The translations under genes were made by a program, and so were the position numbers. A DNA stretch of 64,000 bases from Octopus vulgaris. Taxonomy: Eukaryota. The stretch lies in contig OX597815.1 in NCBI GenBank assembly GCA_951406725.2, forward strand, positions 154,938,001-155,002,000, written 5' to 3'. The notes under the pieces were generated by a model that saw nothing but the letters and a program-made list of their open reading frames with translations, had not been told where the DNA came from and did not search any database. Position 1 is the stretch's first letter; each line of letters opens with the position of its first letter. Shown here piece by piece: positions 1-13,137 of this stretch.

Positions 1-28
1 ACGTTACTTCGATGCACTACTGTAAACA

Positions 29-176
29 GCGGAAGTGAGCTAGAACGTTAAGACCTAGTGCGCCTGCACAGCAGAGTTCGAGGTCAATTGTTTTTGAGCA
101 GATTCATTCTGCATGCGTTAACTTCGTTACTATGGCAACAGTCCGGTTACTTATTGCTCAGACTTCGTAGGTGAGT
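29..176 (+). promoter_or_regulatory. Putative promoter/first exon end: ETS motif, RFX X-box and 5' splice donor
   Basis: GCGGAAGTG at 29-37 (ETS); GTTACTATGGCAAC at 126-139 (X-box-like palindrome); AG|GTGAGT at 170/171; locally CpG-richer than flanks. Confidence 0.5.
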
Positions 177-871
177 TCAACACAAATTTGTGTATGGTAT
201 TGCTGTATAACCTGTGTCTGTTTTATGTACTATATGCGAATTTTGTGCAGATGTTGTATAAGACTCCTAGCATTTATTTTGTTTTCCACCAGAATGTAGT
301 ACTATTCTTGAGAGAAATGATTGGCTGTAGTTGACGTTCACTTGTGTTGCTGATTTTCTATGCCTATACAACTGGGATTACTTTCAACTGGCTTCCAGAT
401 TGTGAGAATTTGACAATTTGACAATTTTAGAAGTAGTCGTTGACTTTAATTAATCATACTTGTAATAATTTAAATCCAGTGATTCCTTCAGACCCCGTGG
501 ATTTCTCTCTGTATCTGTGATTTTAATCTGAGCCTGAGGCTTTTAAGATATTTAACATTTAATGCGTGTTAAATTAGATCAAGATAAAGATATGTAATAG
601 AACCCCCTATTATTCACTTGCGTGCTCGTCTTCTTTCTGTGATTCCTGGTGATGTCCATTGTTTGTTTTTTTAATTATTTTATATACCGTATATAAAAAT
701 GTATATAGTGTAGTTCTATTGTTTATTTTGTTGTTTATGCTGCACACAGATGTCTGTTACATTTCATTCTTCTTTGACAATCTTTGCCTAGTTACAACGC
801 GTTATTTTGATGTGTTAAGTTTCAGGCTGTACATATTTTAACTATCCTCGTTATTTTTATTAAGTGATTAT

Positions 872-1120
872 TGGGGCAGGCGTGGCTCTGTGGTAAGGCG
901 TTTGCTTCCCAACTACATGGTTCCAGGTTTAGGGGAAATGCCTTCAACTATAGCCTCGGGAAAAACAAAGCCTTTTGAGTATATTTGATAGACGGAAACT
1001 GAAAGAAGCCTCTTGCGTGCGTGTGTGTGTGTGTGTATGTGTGTCCCACCACCGCTTGATCATCGGTTATTATTTTATATTTACGTCCTTGTAATTAGCG
1101 GATCAGAAAGACTATAAGTA
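872..1120 (+). mobile_element. tRNA-derived SINE (octopus OK-like family), degraded
   Basis: GGCAGGCGTGGCTCTGTGGTAAG (A box)...GGTTCCAGG; body 'tttgatagacggaaactgaaagaagcc' + (TG)n; same family as 24423, 25675, 26555, 35770. Confidence 0.75.
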
Positions 1121-2317
1121 TTTACTGAACGCTATTAATATTGTTTGAAACAATGTTATATGATATAACGTCAGAAGCAGCCTATAGAAAGAGGAGGGAT
1201 AAATAGTACTAAAACAGTTTGGCTAATTATTCCACATGGGAGATAAATTAAATCTAATCTCCCATTGCAGTTACGTCAGGCTATTATTAGGAATTTTCCA
1301 AAGAATTCTAGTTATTACTCTATTATCAACTCACATAGTTAGGATTGGTTTTTCCAACACAAAAAATCTTTTACAAATTATCTCTTCACATAATAACAAC
1401 CTGTTAAATATTGATACATTTACTAATACTAACATTAATTTAGCTAATACCATAAACCCCTCTAGAAATATCAATAACAAGGTTATTGTATCTGAAGTCA
1501 ATTCCAACAGAATTAAGTTTATGTCAAGTGACTCTAAAATTAAAAATTATATATACCAGTGTAAAATTATTACTCATAATAAAGTACAATTTTACATTGG
1601 AAGCACGTCGTTACAGTTATCTAAAAGAATTTATATCCATTACTCAACATTTAGGGATAGGAATTAACGTAACAGTACAGGGCTCAGTAAATTAATTTAG
1701 GATCTAAAAGATCATAATGAACAATTTAATTTAGAATGGTTGATTCTCTCAATCTCGATACCTTATGACAAAGGCAAGGAATTATGTCTTCTCTGTAATT
1801 CTGAACTATTTTTCATTATTTTTTCTAAAATTCCCTTAGTGAACACGGTTATAGAGTGTACATACCGATGTAAACATTGGCAAAAATACACCTTTAGTTC
1901 ATATAAGTAATCTCTATCATTATATATAATTTAAACATTAATTTTCTTTTTATATTTAACATTCACTAAAAAAATATATATTTTCCTCGTTTATAAGGTT
2001 TTATTTAATATACATACTGGCATATAATTCTCATTTATTTAATTTTTCCTTAATTTATCCCTCCCCTTTCTATAGGCTACTTCTGACGTTATATCATATA
2101 ACGTTTTTTCAAACAATATTAATAACGTTCAGTAAATCACAATACATATCCATCATTTTCTGTTAAAATGTCTTATTGGGGAGTTTCATTTCTTCAATTC
2201 CCTGACGAGAAGGTTACATTGATTTGCACCATTTTATTCTTTTGGAATAATATCAGTGATATCTTCGAAACATATGTCGGAAGTAAAAGTATTTGGATTA
2301 CACCTGCGTTAAATTCC

Positions 2318-2320
<3 letters not shown>
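1121..2320 (+). mobile_element. 5'-truncated Penelope-like element (GIY-YIG fragment + 3' end with hammerhead) with short inverted 5' arm
   Basis: ORF 1236-1667 has IYQCKI...FYIGST; downstream frames continue to C-L-L-C-N-S-E...CKH; 1121-1204 is the reverse complement of ~2052-2136; ends in (TA)n. Confidence 0.85.
2198..2282 (+). ncRNA. Type I minimal hammerhead ribozyme motif
   Basis: TTCC-CTGACGA-GAAG..(long stem II)..CTTC-GAAA-CATATG-TC-GGAA; palindromic stem III; predicted cleavage after C2278. Confidence 0.8.
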
Positions 2321-2369
<49 letters not shown>

Positions 2370-3621
2370 TTTGAGTCACATGTTTATATTCAAAAACCCT
2401 CCATTTCATCTGTATGTAGCAAATCCATAATTTTATACCCTATTTTTTTGGTGGGAGGTTCTGTTGTGATATTTCAATCAGACCATATTGCAGTTTAGTT
2501 AGGGCTCTGGACACTCCAGTTTGTAGTTTTCAAAATGCTTTCTTGACTATCGTAATGTATTACGATAATATTGTTCCTTGTAAATAGTAATATTTGACTA
2601 TATTTGTATGAGTGTTTTATAGTTGCAAAAATATCTTATAGTTTGCCTCACTCATATTCGTCGATTTTGAAAAAGATTTTCGTAGCATCTGCACGTTTTG
2701 CTGTAGCAATTCCCTGTAACGAATTTACATCGTTCGAAAGGCGGCATTGAAACCGTGATCATCTCATCTTTTCTTGAATATTATATTTAGGATTAGTATC
2801 TTCATAAATTTTAAACAATTCTCATTATTACAAGTTCGTGGTAGATGCATCATCGGTTCATAGTAGCTCGTGTATTAAGGGAAAAATTTATCACTTATAA
2901 ATGCAGGTGGCAAATTCTTAGAGTCGCAATAATGATTGTAAATGATATACTACCATTGTTATAGGTAAATGTTATAGCATTATACTTGTAATTTAAATAT
3001 TCATAATAAATGGTGGCTGGTAAAGATATTAGACAAAACATCTTATAAAATATATTTTTAAAGCATAACTCATAGATGTTTCATTTTAAAGATCTTTAAA
3101 TTCTTGCCATTAAATTCTTCCACATGTATACCTGGAATGACAATCGATTGATCTAGTGAAGTAGCATCCAAAATCCACCAAACCACACCCTACATTCTAT
3201 TGGATAATATAGTCCTATAAACACAGGCTCATGAGTAAAACGCCTTTGCTATCCAATGCAGTTATCCTTCTAAATAGTAATAGATACGTTACAGATCTTT
3301 CTTTCTCTGAATATATCCGACAGACGTTTTACAGTCTATACCACGTTAATATTAAGACCATGCAATATGAAAGAATTACATGACAGGTAAAGTGTTAAGA
3401 TTAGAGAAAGCAAAGAAAGTAAAAGAAATAAATATGTATGGCAGCTGCCATTGTATATTACACACTATTTCCTGAAATGCATCGTATCATAGTTGTGCTG
3501 ACTCTGCTATTTCAATTTGCTACAATGACAAATTGAAATGAATGTTGCGTATTATATCAGTGTTCCGAGCAATAAAAATGTCAAATTTCACGGGAATTTA
3601 GTAATATTTAATAATATTATA

Positions 3622-4620
3622 TTCTCATTTCAAATTTTGGTACAAGGCCAGCAGTAATTTCTGGGAGTGGTAAGTCGATTACGTTGATGACAGTGTTCGG
3701 ACCCGAAGAAAGAGAGGCAAAGTCAACCTCTCCGATATTTGAACTCTAAATGCTTAACAGCATTTCGTTCGGCGTACTAACGATTCTGCCAGCTCGCCGC
3801 ATATATCAATGATAATAATAATCCTTTCTACTATAGGTACAAGGCCTGAAATTCGGGGTAGGGGCCTAGTCCATAAGATCGACCTCACTGTTCAACTGGT
3901 ACTTATTTTATTGAACCCGAAAGGAAGAAAGGTAAAGTAAATCTCGGAGGAATTTGAACTCAGATCGATAAAAGAGACGAAATACCTATTTCTTTATTAC
4001 TCACAGAGAGGAAAAACAAGGACAGACAAACGGATTAAGTTGATTATATCGACCCCAGTGCGTAACAGGTACTTATTTAATCAACCCCGAAAGGATGAAA
4101 GGCAAAGTCGACCACGGCGGAATTTGAACTCAGAACGTAACGGCAGACGAAACACCGTTAAGCACTTCGCCAGGCCTGCTAACGATTCTGCTAACTCGCT
4201 GCCTTAATAATAGTAATAATAATAATTCTTTCTACTATCAGTACAAGATCGGAAGTCTGGGGGAAGAGGATAGTCGATTACATCGATCCCAGTGTTTCAC
4301 TGGTACTTAATTTATCGACCCCAAAAGGATAAAAGGCAAAGCCGACTTCGGCAGAATTTGAACTCACAATGTAGCGGCGGACGAAATACCGCTAAGCCTT
4401 CGCCCGGTGTGCTAATGATTCTGTCAACTCGCCGCCTTCAGTAATAGTAATAATAATTCTTTCTTTTATAGGTACATAGGCACAAGGTCTGAAATTTATG
4501 GGGATTGAGTAAAGTCAAGGTCATATCAACCCCAGTGTTCAACTAGTACTTATGTTATCAAATCCGAAAGAATGAAAGGCAAAGTCGGCCTCTGTGGAAT
4601 TTGAACCCAGATCGTAAAGA
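3622..4620 (-). mobile_element. Tandem cluster of ~5 tRNA-derived SINEs (octopus OR-like family)
   Basis: Repeated 'gaaaggcaaagtcgac..ggcggaatttgaactcagaacg...gctaacgattctgccagctcgccgcc', the reverse complement of the 53006 copy; separated by (TAA) runs. Confidence 0.8.
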
Positions 4621-4659
4621 TCTATTTGAAGTGTAGAAAAAGATATAGTTAAGAGCAAA

Positions 4660-4720
4660 AAGAAGAAGAAGAAGAAGAAGAGAAGAAGAAGAAGAAGAAG
4701 AAGAAGAAGAAAAAGAAGAA
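4660..4720. repeat. (GAA)n microsatellite
   Basis: Direct reading. Confidence 0.95.
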
Positions 4721-5849
4721 ATTGTCGTTGCTGTAGATTAGATATGTAACTACCCCACCCTCAGGTCAACTCAACCTGAACAAAACTGTTACCAAGGATA
4801 TTCCCGCTATAGCTACTCCATCTATTTGTCAGATGTAGTGCCTATGAGATACATTATTTAATGTCATTTAGTTTTTAACGATAACGCAGTGTTATATGAA
4901 AGGATATTTGGTTCCTAACTATAGCTGGCTGAATGACAATGAATAGATCCCCTCATTTCCCCGAATCAGAACTGTCTTCTCAGTGTATTGAAACGCTTAC
5001 CTTCTTAATTTCGTCGAATAGGATGTGAAGTACACCAAATCTGTGTTCCGAGATGTTAACTTCTTGAATACAGATTGTTTTCGCTTTTAGCTTTTTTACG
5101 TTAAAATAATCTGAAGTGAGTTAAAATTACATCCGATTCTATAGAACAAATTTGTCGAGCGATGCCAAAGTTCAGATGAAAAAATAGTCTAATAGCCTTT
5201 TGGTAGTATGCATATCTGTCAGTGACGTAAGTAGGTAAGAACACTGATGAATATTACAAGCTAAGTATGTAGTGCAGAGCAGATGAATTTACAATGATAA
5301 AGTTTATATAAAATTACGACACGGTAATAATACATTTGATGGATACAATGAAAAACGTTTTCCTAAATTACCTTCTGGTAAGAGGAAAAATTAGTATTAA
5401 TATATCAATAGACAGAAATGAAGTAATTTTAGAGAGATCTACTTCAGCATGATAAGCAATAGATAACTGAGTCTCAGAATATTTAATACATTGAGCATTA
5501 AACATCAACAAAGAATAAATGTGCAATGAAGAATAGAAGCAATTTTTGTACATAACTAATATTCATTTTTGCCAGCTAGTATGGAAACAACTCGAAACAT
5601 GGCTACAGCAATCAATGATTAGTATTTCTTCAGCCTCATATTTTATTCTACTTTACATTTTTATTGGTCGATTCATTAAACATGCTGACAGTCTGTCATG
5701 CTGGTTGCATCTCAGAATTATGCATTTTCGAAAAAATTTCATTTCTATCCACATCACAAATATTGCTCAAAATTCCTGATTTATTTCACAAAGTGTTTTG
5801 AAGATTGGATTTTCTCCTTTCTGAAATAATTTCCTGTTGGCACAAAATT

Positions 5850-6015
5850 GGTTCAGCAGCGATATTCCAGCTCTTTACGATATGCGTTCAACTTCCACGA
5901 GAATCAGATCAACTTCGCTTTTCATTCTTTCAATCTACATTATTTTATGCATTACGGTGGCGATGTAATCGACTTAACACCGCTTCCTAAATTGCTAGTC
6001 TTGAGCCAAGATTTG
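5850..6015 (+). mobile_element. Highly decayed OR-like SINE fragment
   Basis: 'ctctttacgatatgcgttcaacttccacgag..caacttcgcttttcattctttc...gatgtaatcgacttaac' resembles the 53006 SINE. Confidence 0.5.
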
Positions 6016-6819
6016 ACACTATTCACACGTTATCACAATTCTCAATCACAAAACCTCGTCCAGCAAATTTTCCTCACAAGAGTCCTTTCCAGTATCTCCC
6101 TTCTAATCTGCGGAATAAATCACGGTTTATACGTTAAACCATTTTCACATCCTCAAATTTCGTGTGAGTGTGTGTGTGCAGGAAGTGTATATTAGGTGAT
6201 ACAGAATACATTTTTAGTTGATATCTCTTCTAAGGTCAGAGTATATTATATGTGTACACACATTCCATCCAATATACCTATTGTTTCATACATAAGGTAT
6301 TTCTCTATCACCCGCTATCCCTGTCTTTCATCGTTTCCTATATAAATTTATTTCCTCTTTCTGTTTCTTTCTCTTGTCTCTGTCTTTTTCTCATTTTGTG
6401 TTTCTCCCGCTGATTCCGTAATACTTTATTTGAAGAGAACATAAATTGGAAGAAGAGAAAGCGAAAAGTACAGAGAGAAAGAACGTGAAGGAGATGAAAA
6501 AGTGAAAGATGTACGTATATGTATATGAAATAGACGTATGCGTGCGTGCGTGTGAGAAAGAGAGAGAGAGAGAGAGAGAAAGACAGGGAGAACAACGGAA
6601 ATAGAGTGAGTGAAATTCTGTGTCATGATTATTGATGTCTTTTAAGGTACACACAGATATAGAATATGTGACGTCATCGCCGTCATCGTATAAAATATTA
6701 AAATTTTTGAAATGCAAATATTAGAATGGAAATTAAGTTTAGTTTTTTTAGCCGAAATAGTACTGAATCTTTTGATACCCATACCTCAAAATCGGTAACT
6801 CGGTTTTGAAATGCATAAA

Positions 6820-6867
<48 letters not shown>

Positions 6868-7929
6868 CTTATAAATAAGGGCAAAAGAAAAAAACTTTCT
6901 AATGCCAAATATGTCGAAAATAGACACATCGTCAATAACCATATAATTCATCACTATAAACACGCGTCTCGAAGAAAGCCGGCAGAAATTTCTATAAAAT
7001 TCTGTTATTACCATATCGGACCCGATTTCAGAATTAATTCATAAGAACCTTCTCTTTGTCTCAGTGATAAATGCGGCAAAGAAATAAATGAAATACTTAC
7101 TTATACCTATATATATATATAGGACAGACTTCTTTCAAACTGAAAGTATTAGCTCACATTACAATAGAGACGTAATACTGTAATAGTCTAAGAGATAAGA
7201 GATTCCTCTGGGCTCACATTAGGCAAGAAGCTGAAAAGTTTTAGAGCCCATGACACTGCATGGACTTTAAGTAAGCCATGTGTAAAATTTGAATGAAATC
7301 GGTTGTGTAGTTCTCGTGTCCTAGAGATTCACGCAGACACACACACAGACACCCATTCTCATCTGTACATATATATAACCCATTATTTCTATATATTTTA
7401 TATAACCTTTAATCTCACCATATACCTCAATCAGCCCAGCACTATGATATATCGGACTTACACCTCATCTTTAAGAAATTTCGTTAGAAACTATTTTGCC
7501 AATAACTCCTACACTTTTCTAAAGACACAGAATTAAAAAAATATATATAGTTATATAAATGTCAATAGATATAGTTTAAAGGGAAATTAACTTTTCTGAT
7601 TGATATTAATTTTTCGTAGTAGTCCTATGGAAATTTAAGTGAGAGCATTCAAACTATGTTTCATTGTTATCTTTCATAATTTTCAACATTTTTACTGTTT
7701 CATTCGTAAAAGTAATTATTTTTCTCGTTTCAGCAATGTAAATAAATCATTTCAAGCTTAAACATTTACACATATGCTCTTCCACACAGATACACAGACA
7801 CATACACGATATCAGTGATTGTATGTGAGTTTATGTGTGCATCTGTATATGTGTGTGTCTGTGTCTTCGTGTAATACCTGCGTGTTTTAATTAATCACTC
7901 CATACACAATCACACAAACGGAGAGAGAA

Positions 7930-8727
7930 TTGCATGTATATGATAATAATTTTAATAAAATAAAGAATTATAAATATATTTATAATAATGACAATAATAA
8001 TAAGGTTAATAAGAATAAAATTTGGTTAATAGTTCCTTATGGAGATCAAGTAAAAACGAATATTATCAAAGAGATTTTAGATGTTATAGAACTATTTATT
8101 AGAGATAATCGTAAATATAGAAACATTTTCTCTAGTAATAATTTTGGAGTAGGTTATTCTACCACTAATAATGTAGGTAACATTATTTCTTCATTTAATA
8201 AATTTAAACTGAATAATTTTTATAAAAAGAAATTATTTGATAATAATATTAATAATGATAAGACTTATATTAATTGTACTTGTAGAGATAAATCTAATTG
8301 TATATTAAATAATAATTGTGATATTAACGATGTAGTGTATAAATGTATAGTTACATTACATGATAATAACTTTAAGAATAATAATTACCCAAAAGCGGTT
8401 TATATAGGGTCTACTTCCTCAAAAATAAAATTAAGAATCGCACAACATATGAATTCTTTTAAAAATAAAAACTTAATCAACTCAACTGGACTTAGTAAGT
8501 ACATTTGGAGTCTTAAATCACAAAATATTAATTATAGTTTAATTTGGGAAATAATTTGTAAAACTAAATCATATACTATAGGATCTAATTGTTGTTATTT
8601 ATGCTCTAATGAGTTTAAAGAAATTTTATCTTATAAGTATGATAATTTACTTAATACAGGTGAAGAGCGCAAAATAAAATGCAGACATAGGTTACTTTAC
8701 CTATATAATAAGTTTCATGATAAATAA
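7930..8727 (+). pseudogene. C-terminal GIY-YIG endonuclease region of a 5'-truncated Naiad-type Penelope-like element
   Basis: IWLIVPY...CTC(x5)C...VVYKC...VYIGST...STGLSKYIW...CYLCSNE...LLN...CRH; 265-aa open frame with no RT upstream. Confidence 0.85.
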
Positions 8728-10391
8728 CAATAATAGTTCCCTATTAAAGGTTACTTTAGTTTAATTTAGTTTAGAGTATTATATATATTTAGTTATGTAG
8801 TCTAGGCTTTAATTATAGTTAGTCTTTAATTGATATTTCTTTGTTTTAATTAGTTCATTTTTAATGTATATTAATATATAAGTTTATGGTACGTTAAAAC
8901 TTTAATAATTTATATTAGATTTATTTTATTTTCTTTAATTATTTTTTTTAATTTTATTTTATTATGTATTTTTATTATGTATATGTTATAAGTATATTCG
9001 AGGATATATTCTTATGGATGATTGCGTGTATTTAGTGGTGTATATATTGAGTTTTGTATGTATGTGTGAATATTTACGATCCATTTGTATTTTATTGGTA
9101 TGTTGAATTGACAGTTTTTATTTGGGTATTGTCTGTTATAATACACGTTTATATAGATATTTGGTTGATTGTCCGTGAATATGTAGGTATGGGTGTGTAA
9201 GTATGTGTGCGTGTGTACAAGTGCAAGTGTAGATGCGAGAGTGTATGAGTGCTATGTAATTGAGTGGGATTATTTATGCACTTGTATATATGAATGTTTT
9301 GAAAGTGCGTGTGTTTGCACCCGTCTGCGTGTACACACTCATATATAAATATAAATATATTAATATTTATTTACTTTTTTGAAAGACTGTTTCTTATATA
9401 TATGAGTATGTGATGTTATGTGTGAATGTATATTTATATATATATTTTTTAATATATATATATGTTTATGTTTGTATATGTATTGTATTTATTTAATAAT
9501 TTATTGAGTGTGGGAATGAATATATTGGTGTATATATCGAGGTTTGTACGTATGTATATGTTTGTGAGAGTGTGTATATGGTTATGTTTGTGGGTGTGTG
9601 TATATATGTGTGTGTATTTGTGTGTATTGTTTTTTGTTAGGGTTTTATTTGTATGTATGGATTTCATTCATCATGATTATTTTATTTAGAATTTTTTAGT
9701 ATTTTAGTCCCCATGCATTATGGCTTGGTTTGTTGCTCATGGTAGTTTTTAATGGGTATTGTCTTGTAGCCATTTATACGTATATTTATACGTATATTTG
9801 GATGTCTAGGAGAGTGTCCGTGAATATGTATGTTGCATGGGTGTGTGTGTATGTATGCGCGTGTATAAGTGCATGTGTAGATGTGGAAGTGCATGGTGCT
9901 ATGTAAAAGTGTGTGCTTGTGTATGCACTTGTACACATGCATGATTGATGTGCGTGAGATTGCACCCATTTTTAGGGATGTATATGTTTATTTGTCTGTA
10001 TGGGTGTGGGAGTGAATTTTTGGTGTATATATCGAGGTTTATACGTATGTATAGGTATGTGTGAGTGAGGTGGGTATTTGTATATGTCGTGGGTGTGTGG
10101 TTTACGTGTGTGTATTTGTGTTTGAATGTATAGGTTAGGGGGATTGCTATATAGGTTTGTTATAGTGTTTAGTAAAGGGAGGTTTTATCATTATATGTAT
10201 TTATGAGTTTTAGTTTATCATGGTAGTTTTATTAAAGAATTTGTAGTAATTTATGTCTATTTATGATGTTTGTTATTTTATTACATTATTCCATTCATAA
10301 TTTTTAAGTATTGTTAGTTTACCACGTGAATATAATTTTTAATTCCATTTATTCCATTCATTATTTTAAATGACGTTCGTTTCCATAGAGC

Positions 10392-11265
10392 TACGTATGA
10401 GCCTCAATATATACACCGGTCATTCGCTCCCACATCCGTGCGGATGGATGAGCGTATGCATCCTTGAGGGTGGGTGCGGTCTCGCGCGCATCGGTCGTGT
10501 ATGTGTGCAGTTGCGTACACGGTAGTGATGTGTGATCGACTTGAATCTGCGGAGTTTGCTACGAATGTTGGTTGACCATCGTGATGGATGGGGCCCATAT
10601 ACGTGTAGTGATGGGGCTCCCTTTGCCATGCACGATTGTACCTGTGTGGCAGTCTCCATGTGTACATTCGCGCACGGGTATACATGCGTGAGGCACGCGC
10701 GCACGGCATGTGCGTGTGCCCCCTCACATGTATATATGCATGCTTACTGGGCTCGATATGTGCAACAGTGTGTTCGCGCCCGCACTCATGCAGATGGGTG
10801 AATTGCACAACTAAAATACGCACACGTGTGTGTGTGCTATTTTGGTTGTGTAGTTTGTTTATCTGTGTGAGAGTGGGTGTGAGCGTATTGTTGTGTATGT
10901 CGGGTTTGGTACGTATGTATATGGGTGTGTGGGGGGGTGTACGTATGTGTTGTGTGTGTGTGTTTTGCGTATGTGTGTTTGTGTGTGGATGTATATATGG
11001 AGATTACTATGTGGGTGTAATTGTGTATGGTTGGGGGGAGTTTTGTCATTGTATGTGTGTGGGTTTCATTTGTCATGGTAGTTTGTTGGTGATTTGTGGT
11101 AGGTTCTGTATATTTGGGTTGATTATGTATTGTTCTTGTGTGTCCAATTGTATACATGCATGATTGGTGTGCGTGGGATTGCGCCCATTTTTGGGGATGT
11201 ATGTGTTTATTTGTCTGTGTGGGGTGGGAGTGGGTTTTTGGTGTATATACTGAGGTTTATACGTA
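10392..11265 (+). repeat. Cryptic ~430-bp-arm inverted repeat with both arms A-to-G hypermutated
   Basis: Centre CACACGTGTG at 10821-10830; reverse complement of left arm aligns to right arm and to the A-rich sister copy 11862-12165; differences are overwhelmingly A>G on + strand. Confidence 0.9.
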
Positions 11266-12764
11266 TGTATAGGTATGTGTGAGTGAGGTGGGTATTTGTA
11301 TATGTCGTGGGTGTGTGGTTTACGTGTGTGTATTTGTGTGTGAATGTATAGGTTAGGGGGATTGCTATATAGGTATGTTATAGAGTTTAGTAAAGGGAGG
11401 TTTTATCATTATATGTATTTATGAGTTTTAGTTTATCATTGTAGTTTTATTAAAGAATTCGTAGTAATTTATGTCTATTTAAGATGTTTGTTATTTTATT
11501 ACATTATTCCATTCATAATTTTTAAGTAATGTTCGTTTACCACGTGAATATAATTTTTAATTCCATTTATTCCATTTCTCCATTCATAATTTTAAATGAC
11601 GTTCGTTTCCAGAGCGCGAATACTTTTTATACATATGTTAGGTTCCTATGGTAACGTAATTTTGTTTGACGTTTTTAACGGCTAGAGTTTAATTTCACTT
11701 CATAATTTGAAACTGACTTGAAAGTATGTATATTTTTTCTCCTTATGTTAATCTTGTTACTTATGATATTCTGGTTACTTATGAAGTATTTTACATATCA
11801 TATTATGTGTAGTAATGTTGTTTTTCTTTTGAGTGTTTATGTATGTGTGAATGTGTGTGTGTGTGCGTATTTTAGTTGTGTAATTTATTTTTCTGTATGA
11901 GTGTGGGTGTGAAAATATTGTTGTATATATCGAGTTTAGTAAGTATGTATATGTATATGTGAGGGGGTATACGTATATGTTGTGTGTGTGTGTTTTACGT
12001 ATGTATATTTGTGTGTGAATGTGTATATGGGATTGCTATATAGGTGTAATTGTGTATGGTAGAGGCAGTTTTATCATTATATGTATGTGGGTTTCATTTA
12101 TCGTGATGGTTTATTGGTGTTTTGTAGTAGATTCTGTATATGTAAGTTGATTATATATTATTCCATTCATAATTTTTTAAAAAAACGTTCGATCACCACG
12201 TGCAAAGAATTGTTTATTTTGCTTTTGAGTGTTTATGTATGTGTGAATATGTGTGTGTGTGTGGGGGGATTATTTGCGTAATTTATTTCTCTGTATAGAT
12301 GTGGGTGTGAATATATTGGTGTATATATCGAGTTCTGTATGTTTGTATATGTATGTGTGAGCGGGTATACGTATATTGTTTATGAATGTGGGTTGTATGT
12401 GTGTGTGTGGGAGTATGAATAAGTATTGTGTTGAAGTATTTGGCTATTTTATTTATTTATCGTTGCCTAGACGTTTTTATGTGTATGTATAGGGATATAT
12501 ATATAGGTGTGTGAGTTAGTGTATGTATTTAGATATGGTTATATATAATTAGTTATATGTGTATGGGTGTATATATAGTTTATTTTTATTTTGTTTTATA
12601 TTTAATTGTTGATAGGTTTATTTTAGTTTATATATTGATTATATATGGATTATATATAGGTTATATATAGATTATATATTTATATTTTTTCATTGATACT
12701 TTAATTATTTTAAAATTATTTTTTATACTTATATTTTAAAATATTGATATTTTAGATCGGAAAT

Positions 12765-12807
12765 CCACCTGAAGATTGTCGATCAAGACATGAAACAATT
12801 GTAGTGG
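12765..12807 (+). ncRNA. Minimal hammerhead ribozyme motif (canonical core)
   Basis: CCAC-CTGAAGA-T-TGTC-gatcaa-GACA-T-GAAA-CAATTG-TA-GTGG. Confidence 0.85.
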
Positions 12808-12981
12808 CGGTTTTTTTACTTTTTATTAAAATTTTATGTATTGATTAAGTCTTTCCTTGTTTGTTTTGCAAAATAGTGGTTTTGTCTCTAATTAATATTA
12901 TATAATATTTTACTATAAAATTGGATTTAATCCTAAATCTGATTTTTTCCTGTAAATTTGGATTTATTCCCTAATATTTAT

Positions 12982-13018
<37 letters not shown>

Positions 13019-13081
13019 GTATATATATATATACACATACATACATATACATATATATAGGTATATATATATATATATATA

Positions 13082-13132
<51 letters not shown>

Positions 13133-13137
13133 TATAT

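Larger units (their letters stand above)
7930..12985 (+). mobile_element. Penelope-like element with ~4-kb G+T-rich repetitive 3' region ending in hammerhead and (TA)n
   Basis: GIY-YIG ORF, then diverged repeats of a several-hundred-bp unit (9945-10385 ~ 11155-11610; 11860-12165; 12240-12380), HHR at 12765, then (TA)n. Confidence 0.7.

Noticed and set aside
3622-4620. Regularly spaced repeats resembling a CRISPR array
   Set aside because: Tandem SINE copies in a eukaryotic context; no unique spacers or cas genes
6866-7110. Insert between (TA)n with possible minus-strand hammerhead (CTGAGA..GAAATCGGGTC)
   Set aside because: Core incomplete and stems poor; cannot be supported
10404-10823. GC-rich ORFs / apparent CpG island
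   Set aside because: Explained as the A>G-converted inverted copy of the neighbouring TG/TA repeat; stop codons are lost through conversion
10826-12165. RIP-like or APOBEC-like G>A change in sister copies as the explanation for the differences
   Set aside because: Several sister units share A, and the changes are confined to the hairpin on one strand, which favours A>G in dsRNA
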